From: Cyanophora paradoxa CCMP329
Lineage: Eukaryota; Plantae; Glaucophyta
Length of the DNA: 64,000 bases
Assembly (NCBI GenBank): GCA_004431415.1
Contig: QPMI01000588.1
Coordinates: 186,001 to 250,000, forward strand
Reading direction: 5' to 3'
Made by a program: the position numbers and the translations under genes
Notes under the pieces: generated by a model
Databases searched by the model: none
Seen by the model: the letters and a program-made list of their open reading frames with translations, nothing else
Told to the model about the DNA's origin: nothing
In this document: piece after piece, positions 24,801-35,452 of the stretch
Position numbering within the stretch: the stretch's first letter is position 1
Layout: every line of letters starts with the position of its first letter

Positions 24801-27800
24801 CTGGCCCCACGCGGGCCCCGCACTGTCCGCTGTGAATATGAGTGGTTCGCATGATTACTTGAAGATTTTCCCATGCCGCAGTGCATAACTTGGCTCGGCC
24901 TCCGCCGGATGCATTCCGCAGGAAACAAAGCTCATGATCAGGGAGCCGGGCGCCGGTGTTGCATCAAGAGCTTATAATAACGATCTAATCTAACGATCGA
25001 GTTCGCAATCGCGACCTGCAGCTGGCCATGGGCCAGCGACGAGCCGTGTTAATGCAACCATATGCATTGGTCAGGAGTCGCAGTCCTGCACGACCGGCCT
25101 TCGAATTCGGAAATCGGAATTCGAAAGTCGTTATCGATTCTTGAGCTTCACCCAATCTCATCATGAGCATGAGCTTTTTAACAATGGCCACGTCGCAAAG
25201 CTTAAGATTCCGAATCCGAAGTTCATTTCAATGTGCGCGACGTCAACCCCGTGCACGCCCCGGCCTTTGTGGGCCCTGCACTGGTACGCACGCGGGCCCC
25301 GCTGGCCCACGCGGGCCCCGCACTGTCCGCTGTGAATATGAGTGGTTCGCATGATTACTTGAAGATTTTCCCATGCCGCAGTGCATAACTTGGCTCGGCC
25401 TCCGCCGGATGCATTCCGCAGGAAACAAAGCTCATGATCAGGGAGCCGGGCGCCGGTGTTGCATCAAGAGCTTATATTATATATTATATAATAACGATCT
25501 AATCTAACGATCGAGTTCGCAATCGCGACCTGCAGCTGGCCATGGGCCAGCGACGAGCCGTGTTAATGCAACCATATGCATTGGTCAGGAGTCGCAGTCC
25601 TGCACGACCGGCCTTCGAATTCGGAAATCGGAATTCGAAAGTCGTTATCGATTCTTGAGCTTCACCCAATCTCATCATGAGCATGAGCTTTTTAACAATG
25701 GCCACGTCGCAAAGCTTAAGATTCCGAATCCGAAGTTCATTTCAATGTGCGCGACGTCAACCCCGTGCACGCCACGGCCTTTGTGGGCCCTGCACTGGTA
25801 CGCACGCGGGCCCCGCTGGCCCCACGCGGGCCCCGCACTGTCCGCTGTGAATATGAGTGGTTCGCATGATTACTTGAAGAATTTCCCATGCCGCAGTGCA
25901 TAACTTGGCTCGGCCTCCGCCGGATGCATTCCGCAGGAAACAAAGCTCATGATCAGGGAGCCGGGCGCCGGTGTTGCATCAAGAGCTTATAATAACGATC
26001 TAATCTAACGATCGAGTTCGCAATCGCGACCTGCAGCTGGCCATGGGCCAGCGACGAGCCGTGTTAATGCAACCATATGCATTGGTCAGGAGTCGCAGTC
26101 CTGCACGACCGGCCTTCGAATTCGGAAATCGGAATTCGAAAGTCGTTATCGATTCTTGAGCTTCACCCAATCTCATCATGAGCATGAGCTTTTTAACAAT
26201 GGCCACGTCGCAAAGCTTAAGATTCCGAATCCGAAGTTCATTTCAATGTGCGCGACGTCAACCCCGTGCACGCCACGGCCTTTGTGGGCCCTGCACTGGT
26301 ACGCACGCGGGCCCCGCTGGCCCCACGCGGGCCCCGCACTGTCCGCTGTGAATATGAGTGGTTCGCATGATTACTTGAAGAATTTCCCATGCCGCAGTGC
26401 ATAACTTGGCTCGGCCTCCGCCGGATGCATTCCGCAGGAAACAATGCTCATGATCAGGGAGCCGGGCGCCGGTGCTGCATCAAGAGCTTATAATAACGAT
26501 CTAATCTAACGATCGAGTTCGCAATCGCGACCTGCAGCTGGCCATGGGCCAGCGACGAGCCGTGTTAATGCAACCATATGCATTGGTCAGGAGTCGCAGT
26601 CCTGCACGACCGGCCTTCGAATTCGGAAATCGGAATTCGAAAGTCGTTATTGATTCTTGAGCTTCACCCAATCTCATCATGAGCATGAGCTTTTTAACAA
26701 TGGCCACGTCGCAAAGCTTAAGATTCCGAATCCGAAGTTCATTTCAATGTGCGCGACGTCAACCCCGTGCACGCCCCGGCCTTTGTGGGCCCTGCACTGG
26801 TACGCACGCGGGCCCCGCTGGCCCCACGCGGGCCCCGCACTGTCCGCTGTGAATATGAGTGGTTCGCATGATTACTTGAAGATTTTCCCATGCCGCAGTG
26901 CATAACTTGGCTCGGCCTCCGCCGGATGCATTCCGCAGGAAACAAAGCTCATGATCAGGGAGCCGGGCGCCGGTGTTGCATCAAGAGCTTATAATAACGA
27001 TCTAATCTAACGATCGAGTTCGCAATCGCGACCTGCAGCTGGCCATGGGCCAGCGACGAGCCGTGTTAATGCAACCATATGCATTGGTCAGGAGTCGCAG
27101 TCCTGCACGACCGGCCTTCGAATTCGGAAATCGGAATTCGAAAGTCGTTATCGATTCTTGAGCTTCACCCAATCTCATCATGAGCATGAGCTTTTTAACA
27201 ATGGCCACGTCGCAAAGCTTAAGATTCCGAATCTGAAGTTCATTTCAATGTGCGCGACGTCAACCCCGTGCACGCCCCGGCCTTTGTGGGCCCTGCACTG
27301 GTACGCACGCGGGCCCCGCTGGCCCCACGCGGGCCCCGCACTGTCCGCTGTGAATATGAGTGGTTCGCATGATTACTTGAAGATTTTCCCATGCCGCAGT
27401 GCATAACTTGGCTCGGCCTCCGCCGGATGCATTCCGCAGGAAACAAAGCTCATGATCAGGGAGCCGGGCGCCGGTGTTGCATCAAGAGCTTATATTATAT
27501 ATTATATAATAACGATCTAATCTAACGATCGAGTTCGCAATCGCGACCTGCAGCTGGCCATGGGCCAGCGACGAGCCGTGTTAATGCAACCATATGCATT
27601 GGTCAGGAGTCGCAGTCCTGCACGACCGGCCTTCGAATTCGGAAATCGGAATTCGAAAGTCGTTATCGATTCTTGAGCTTCACCCAATCTCATCATGAGC
27701 ATGAGCTTTTTAACAATGGCCACGTCGCAAAGCTTAAGATTCCGAATCCGAAGTTCATTTCAATGTGCGCGACGTCAACCCCGTGCACGCCCCGGCCTTT

Positions 27801-30800
27801 GTGGGCCCTGCACTGGTACGCACGCGGGCCCGCTGGCCCCACGCGGGCCCCGCACTGTCCGCTGTGAATATGAGTGGTTCGCATGATTACTTGAAGAATT
27901 TCCCATGCCGCAGTGCATAACTTGGCTCGGCCTCCGCCGGATGCATTCCGCAGGAAACAATGCTCATGATCAGGGAGCCGGGCGCCGGTGCTGCATCAAG
28001 AGCTTATAATAACGATCTAATCTAACGATCGAGTTCGCAATCGCGACCTGCAGCTGGCCATGGGCCAGCGACGAGCCGTGTTAATGCAACCATATGCATT
28101 GGTCAGGAGTCGCAGTCCTGCACGACCGGCCTTCGAATTCGGAAATCGGAATTCGAAAGTCGTTATTGATTCTTGAGCTTCACCCAATCTCATCATGAGC
28201 ATGAGCTTTTTAACAATGGCCACGTCGCAAAGCTTAAGATTCCGAATCCGAAGTTCATTTCAATGTGCGCGACGTCAACCCCGTGCACGTGCACGCCCCG
28301 GCCTTTGTGGGCCCTGCACTGGTACGCACGCGGGCCCCGCTGGCCCCACGCGGGCCCCGCACTGTCCGCTGTGAATATGAGTGGTTCGCATGATTACTTG
28401 AAGATTTTCCCATGCCGCAGTGCATAACTTGGCTCGGCCTCCGCCGGATGCATTCCGCAGGAAACAATGCTCATGATCAGGGAGCCGGGCGCCGGTGTTG
28501 CATCAAGAGCTTATAATAACGATCTAATCTAACGTTCGATTTGCAATCGCGACCTGCAGCTGGCCATGGGCCAGCGACGAGCCGTGTTAATGCAACCATA
28601 TGCATTGGTCAGGAGTCGCAGTCCTGCACGACCGGCCTTCGAATTCGGAAATCGGAATTCGAAAGTCGTTATCGATTCTTGAGCTTCACCCAATCTCATC
28701 ATGAGCATGAGCTTTTTAACAATGGCCACGTCGCAAAGCTTAAGATTCCGAATCCGAAGTTCATTTCAATGTGTGCGTCGTCAACCCCGTGCACGCCCCG
28801 GCCTTTGTGGGCCCTGCACTGGTACGCACGCGGGCCCCGCTGGCCCCACGCGGGCCCCGCACTGTCCGCTGTAAATATGAGTGGTTCGCATGATTACTTG
28901 AAGAATTTCCCATGCCGCAGTGCATAACTTGGCTCGGCCTCCGCCGGATGCATTCCGCAGGAAACAAAGCTCATGATCAGGGAGCCGGCCGCGGGCGCCG
29001 GTGTTGCATGAAGAGCTTATATTATATATTATATAATAACGATCTAATCTAACGATCGAGTTCGCAATCGCGACCTGCAGCTGGCCATGGGCCAGCGACG
29101 AGCCGTGTTAATGCAACCATATGCATTGGTCAGGAGTCGCAGTCCTGCACGACCGGCCTTCGAATTCGGAAATCGGAATTCGAAAGTCGTTATCGATTCT
29201 TGAGCTTCACCCAATCTCATCATGAGCATGAGCTTTTTAACAATGGCCACGTCGCAAAGCTTAAGATTCCGAATCCGAAGTTCATTTCAATGTGCGCGAC
29301 GTCAACCCCGTGCACGCCCCGGCCTTTGTGGGCCCTGCACTGGTACGCACGCGGGCCCCGCTGGCCCCACGCGGGCCCCGCACTGTCCGCTGTGAATATG
29401 AGTGGTTCGCATGATTACTTGAAGAATTTCCCATGCCGCAGTGCATAACTTGGCTCGGCCTCCGCCGGATGCATTCCGCAGGAAACAATGCTCATGATCA
29501 GGGAGCCGGGCGCCGGTGCTGCATCAAGAGCTTATAATAACGATCTAATCTAACGATCGAGTTCGCAATCGCGACCTGCAGCTGGCCATGGGCCAGCGAC
29601 GAGCCGTGTTAATGCAACCATATGCATTGGTCAGGAGTCGCAGTCCTGCACGACCGGCCTTCGAATTCGGAAATCGGAATTCGAAAGTCGTTATTGATTC
29701 TTGAGCTTCACCCAATCTCATCATGAGCATGAGCTTTTTAACAATGGCCACGTCGCAAAGCTTAAGATTCCGAATCCGAAGTTCATTTCAATGTGCGCGA
29801 CGTCAACCCCGTGCACGTGCACGCCCCGGCCTTTGTGGGCCCTGCACTGGTACGCACGCGGGCCCCGCTGGCCCCACGCGGGCCCCGCACTGTCCGCTGT
29901 GAATATGAGTGGTTCGCATGATTACTTGAAGATTTTCCCATGCCGCAGTGCATAACTTGGCTCGGCCTCCGCCGGATGCATTCCGCAGGAAACAAAGCTC
30001 ATGATCAGGGAGCCGGGCGCCGGTGTTGCATCAAGAGCTTATAATAACGATCTAATCTAACGTTCGATTTGCAATCGCGACCTGCAGCTGGCCATGGGCC
30101 AGCGACGAGCCGTGTTAATGCAACCATATGCATTGGTCAGGAGTCGCAGTCCTGCACGACCGGCCTTCGAATTCGGAAATCGGAATTCGAAAGTCGTTAT
30201 CGATTCTTGAGCTTCACCCAATCTCATCATGAGCATGAGCTTTTTAACAATGGCCACGTCGCAAAGCTTAAGATTCCGAATCCGAAGTTCATTTCAATGT
30301 GTGCGTCGTCAACCCCGTGCACGCCCCGGCCTTTGTGGGCCCTGCACTGGTACGCACGCGGGCCCCGCTGGCCCCACGCGGGCCCCGCACTGTCCGCTGT
30401 AAATATGAGTGGTTCGCATGATTACTTGAAGAATTTCCCATGCCGCAGTGCATAACTTGGCTCGGCCTCCGCCGGATGCATTCCGCAGGAAACAAAGCTC
30501 ATGATCAGGGAGCCGGCCGCGGGCGCCGGTGTTGCATCAAGAGCTTATATTATAATAACGATCTAATATAACGATCGAGTTCGCAATCGCGACCTGCAGC
30601 TGGCCATGGGCCAGCGACGAGCCGTGTTAATGCAACCATATGCATTGGTCAGGAGTCGCAGTCCTGCACGACCGGCCTTCGAATTCGGAAATCGGAATTC
30701 GAAAGTCGTTATCGATTCTTGAGCTTCACCCAATCTCATCATGAGCATGAGCCTTTTAACAATGGCCACGTCGCAAAGCTTAAGATTCCGAATCCGAAGT

Positions 30801-32566
30801 TCATTTCAATGTGCGCGACGTCAACCCCGTGCACGCCACGGCCTTTGTGGGCCCTGCACTGGTACGCACGCGGGCCCCGCTGGCCCCACGCGGGCCCCGC
30901 ACTGTCCGCTGTGAATATGAGTGGTTCGCATGATTACTTGAAGATTTTCCCATGCCGCAGTGCATAACTTGGCTCGGCCTCCGCCGGATGCATTCCGCAG
31001 GAAACAATGCTCATGATCAGGGAGCCGGGCGCCGGTGCTGCATCAAGAGCTTATAATAACGATTTATCTAACGATCGAGTTCGCAATCGCGACCTGCAGC
31101 TGGCCATGGGCCAGCGACGAGCCGTGTTAATGCAACCATATGCATTGGTCAGGAGTCGCAGTCCTGCACGACCGGCCTTCGAATTCGGAAATCGGAATTC
31201 GAAAGTCGTTATCGATTCTTGAGCTTCACCCAATCTCATCATGAGCATGAGCTTTTTAACAATGGCCACGTCGCAAAGCTTAAGATTCCGAATCCGAAGT
31301 TCATTTCAATGTGTGCGTCGTCAACCCCGTGCACGCCCCGGCCTTTGTGGGCCCTGCACTGGTACGCACGCGGGCCCTGCTGGCCCCACGCGGGCCCCGC
31401 ACTGTCCGCTGTGAATATGAGTGGTTCGCATGATTACTTGAAGAATTTCCCATGCCGCAGTGCATAACTTGGCTCGGCCTCCGCCGGATGCATTCCGCAG
31501 GAAACAAAGCTCATGATCAGGGAGCCGGCCGCGGGCGCCGGTGTTGCATCAAGAGCTTATAATAACGATCTAATCTAACGATCGAGTTCGCAATCGCGAC
31601 CTGCAGCTGGCCATGGGCCAGCGACGAGCCGTGTTAATGCAACCATATGCATTGGTCAGGAGTCGCAGTCCTGCACGACCGGCCTTCGAATTCGGAAATC
31701 GGAATTCGAAAGTCGTTATCGATTCTTGAGCTTCACCCAATCTCATCATGAGCATGAGCTTTTTAACAATGGCCACGTCGCAAAGCTTAAGATTCCGAAT
31801 CCGAAGTTCATTTCAATGTGCGCGACGTCAACCCCGTGCACGCCCCGGCCTTTGTGGGCCCTGCACTGGTACGCACGCGGGCCCCACTTGCCCCACGCGG
31901 GCCCTGCACTGTCCGCTGTAAATATGAGTGGTTCGCATGATTACTCGAAGATTCTTTCATGCCGCAGTGCAGAACTTGGCTCGGCCTCCGCCGGATGCAT
32001 TCCGCAGGAAACAAAGCTCATGATCAGGGAGCCGGGCGCCGGTGTTGCATCAAGAGCTTATAATAACGATCTAATCTAACGTTCGAGTTCGCAATCGCGA
32101 CCTGCAGCTGGCCATGGGCCAGCGACGAGCCGTGTTAATGCAACCATATGCATTGGTCAGGAGTCGCAGTCCTGCACGACCGGCCTTCGAATTCGGAAAT
32201 CGGAATTCGAAAGTCGTTATCGATTCTTGAGCTTCACCCAATCTCATCATGAGCATGAGCTTTTTAACAATGGCCACGTCGCAAAGCTTAAGATTCCGAA
32301 TCCGAAGTTCATTTCAATGTGCGCGACGTCAACCCCGTGCACGCCCCGGCCTTTGTGGGCCCTGCACTGGTACGCACGCGGGCCCCGCTGGCCCCACGCG
32401 GGCCCCGCACTGTCCGCTGTAAATATGAGTGGTTCGCATGATTACTCGAAGATTCTTTCATGCCGCAGTGCATAACTTGGCTCGGCCTCCGCCGGATGCA
32501 TTCCGCAGGAAACAAAGCTCACGATCAGGGAGCCGGCCGCGGGCGCCGGTGTTGCATCAAGAGCTC
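21900..32566 (+). repeat. Tandem array, ~501-bp unit x21 plus a partial copy; highly homogeneous
   Basis: ATGATCAGGGAGCC recurs at 21910, 22411, 22912 ... 32020, with a partial variant at 32521. Shared variants show higher-order duplication, e.g. a 3-unit, 1528-bp period (28173 vs 29701). Confidence 0.97.
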
Positions 32567-33149
32567 ATGATCCTCGAGGCTACGTGCAAGGTCGTTTCGA
32601 ATTCCAGCGCTGGCGACGTCCGGATCCGAAATTAAAGCTATGTATAAGTACAAGTAGTCAGAGGGGCCGGGGATCCGGAGCCTTGGAGAAAGAAGAGGGG
32701 AGAAAGGAGAGGTATTCGGCTCAGCGAACTCGAATTCATGGCCCGATACTATGATGTATCGATGACATGATGGATTTGCATGGGCAGCGCTGTCGCATGC
32801 ATGATTATCGTGCATGCGGAGCTAGATAGTGCAGCCTTCGTGCTGCTAGTGGCTAGTGCAGCCTACGTGCTGCTAGGGCCGACGTCGGCGTCAGTACGCC
32901 TCGGCCACCTCTTATTATAGCTAATACGGGTACGCCGGGCCTGTCCGGGTACGCATCATTCATTAGGGATACAGTGTTACTTGCAATACTACCGGAGCGA
33001 CAGCGATCCCTCGTGATCCACTGAGCCCCGTCGAGCCACGCTCGACCGGGAGCCTCCCCGCGTGCTTCCCCACTAATCCCGCACGCGACAGGCGCCACTG
33101 CCGGGAATCGCAACCATTTTGTTGCCCCCCACCTCGCCCCGTCTCGAAA

Positions 33150-33221
33150 TCCCGTCCTCGGGATTCGAACCCGGGTTCCTGGCTCGTAGAGCAGACGCTC
33201 TACCACCTGAGCCAAGAGGGT
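33150..33221 (-). ncRNA. tRNA-derived Pol III head or pseudo-tRNA (Arg-ACG-like) inside element B
   Basis: Minus strand ACCCTCTTGGCTCAGGTGGTAGAGCGTCTGCTCTACGAGCCAGGAACCCGGGTTCGAATCCCGAGGACGGGA has A box TGGCTCAGGTGG, D stem GCTC/GAGC and B box GGTTCGAATCC. The acceptor and anticodon stems are mismatched. Confidence 0.7.
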
Positions 33222-33897
33222 GGTTCGATATGAGACTTGGTCGTCTCTGGGCGTCTTTGTGCGCCACTGCCGGGAATCGCAACCATTTTGTTGCCCCCCA
33301 CCTCTCCCCGTCTCGAAATCCCGTCCTCGGGATTCGAACCCGGGTTCCTGAGCCCCGTCGAGCCACGCTCGACCGGGAGCCTCCCCGCGTGCTTCCCCAC
33401 TAATCCCGCACGCGACAGGCGCCACTGCTCGGAGCTGAATCTTTAAGGGTCAGGTCGGGTCGCTCGCGATCCCGCCTTCGCGCGCGCCGCGCACGCGCAC
33501 CGTAGCATCGTAGTGACATTCCCAGCCGTCTGCTCACAGTACGCAACCGGTTACCCCGGGTGCCGAAAAGTGAGAGCCTGCGCTCCGGTGACCCCGGAGA
33601 CTGGCTGGCTTGAGTTCTTTACCGGAACTCTTGCCCTGCGTGCTGAAGAGCCGGCCGCGCGCCGCGCTAGAGCCGACCGCCCTCGTGCGCGTCGAGCCGC
33701 CGAAGTTCCCCTCGAGGGCAACTTTGTGCCATCGCCGATCCCTGGCCTGCGAGCCTGGATTGTGCTCCGGTGTGTTGCGCTAGCAACATATCGTCGTCTG
33801 TGCCGTCGAAATCCCGCGTTTTACGCGGCGACTCGGCCTCAAAGAGCTTCGAGCTCAAATTTGATCTGCCTTGTACTTGCCACTGTGAGAGCCTGCC

Positions 33898-35452
33898 ATG
33901 TCGCGGCTTCCAGTTGAGCTGCCGGCGAGTGAGCGTGATCGCATGATCGCACTCAACTCGACCGTGCCTGTGAGTGGCGTGTCCGTTCAGCAGATGACTG
34001 CTGCGGCGCCCGCAGTTGATGCGAAGGGCTTGCCCTCCATCACTCCGCTGTCTGCGAACCCTACCATCGAAGAAGTCGATGAGTGGCGCCAGCAGATTAG
34101 CACTTTCGTCTCCACTCAGGCGCATAAGTATGCGTATGAGCCCGAGGGAGACAACTGGACCAAGGTTGAAGCTCTTGGCGGCTTCATGGTCTCGCAGCTC
34201 TGCAAGGGCTCGCTGCGCTCCCAGATGCAGCGCATGCGTGACCAGCTGGAAGAGACCGTCGGACTAAAGAATACCTTGCCAGCAAGCGCGCGCGGCTGGC
34301 CGTGCTGACTGCCTTGCCTATCGAGGCCCGGCTCCCTGAGACCGAGGCCGAGATCCTGCAGCTCGAGAATGCAATCACGCGTCTCGAGGCTGAGATCGCT
34401 GAGGGCCGCAATAACTTCCAGCGCGCTCCGGGCGTTGCGAAGTACATCATTGCGCGCGTGACGAAGGGCCTGCCCCACGTCGCTGAAGCCGCGATCAACG
34501 CTGCGTACACGGGCGAAGACCCGCTGACGTGGGTGAACTGGATCGCCCCGCACGTGCGCCACACGCGCCCCGCGGGCAAATCATACGCTGAGCACTTGAT
34601 CACCGTGATATTGGGAACGCTCTCTCGCGCCGTCAGACCGGGCTCGACCCGCAGTATGACAACTACGAAGTTCGCGCTGCGATCGGCGCGCGCCAGAATG
34701 AGAATACGATGACGTACATTCTGCAGGAGCTCCGCGGCGAGTTCGCGCGCTTCGGGGCCGATCTCACGCCCCTGCGCGCCGAAAGGATTTTCGAGGAGCA
34801 GTGCGACCGCCACGGTCGCCGGACCGTGCGCCTGCTGCAGGAGCCGTCCCAGGAGACTGAGCCCTCGGCAAAGCGCTCCAAGGGGCCGGCCGGCTTCAAG
34901 GCTCCGCCGTATGCCGGCGACGTAGATGCCACGCCAATTAAGGCTGTGAAGCCTGCAGCTGCAGCAGCGGCTCCTGCTGAGGCTGGGCGTGACCCCCCTC
35001 CTGCAGCTGATCGCGAGGCCCGGTCCCTCGTTTCTGCACATGGGTCCTCTTGGGCCGTGCAGTCTAGCTCGCCAGGCGCCCTTGCCGCTGTGATGCAGCG
35101 CATGGCTGAGCTTGGGTACCCTCAGTACCCTCCGGCTGAGTGCTGGAACTGTGCTGGCGACCCCAGTGTCCCAGCCTCCGAGCGCCTTCACTGGGCTTTC
35201 CTTTGCCCGAAGCGCCCCCCGCACGCCCCCCGCCACCGCTGGGTGCGGCAGGATACGTACACGTATGATGACTCCTACGAAGACTCATACGAGGATGAGT
35301 ACGATGAGGCAGCTGCAGCTGCAGCTGCGGCCGTGGATGAGGTCTGCGGTCGCTGCGGCGAGACTGGGCACCACCACAGTGCCTGCTCCGACCCGCCGAC
35401 TCGTGCTAAAGGCAAGGCCCCTCTGGCCCTGCCTGCCCCCGAGGCCGAGTAA
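33898..35452 (+). pseudogene. gag: gag-like ORF of element B with two frameshifts (~34260, ~34610)
   Basis: Colinear with element A gag. Zn motifs CWNC...HWAFLC and the CCHC knuckle CGRCGETGHHHSAC. Confidence 0.75.

Noticed and set aside
21961-32515. The many 60-130-aa ORFs repeated in the 501-bp array (MAIVKKL..., MSFTQSH..., MFPAECI...)
   Set aside because: They are by-products of the repeat: they overlap on both strands and are broken by indels in some units.
14324-32566. Tandem arrays as CRISPR-like repeat-spacer or guide arrays
   Set aside because: Units are near-identical along their whole length with no unique spacers, no cas-like gene is present, and the context is eukaryotic.
33150-33221. 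Functional tRNA gene
   Set aside because: The acceptor and anticodon stems are mismatched, and it is part of a duplicated module inside an LTR element.
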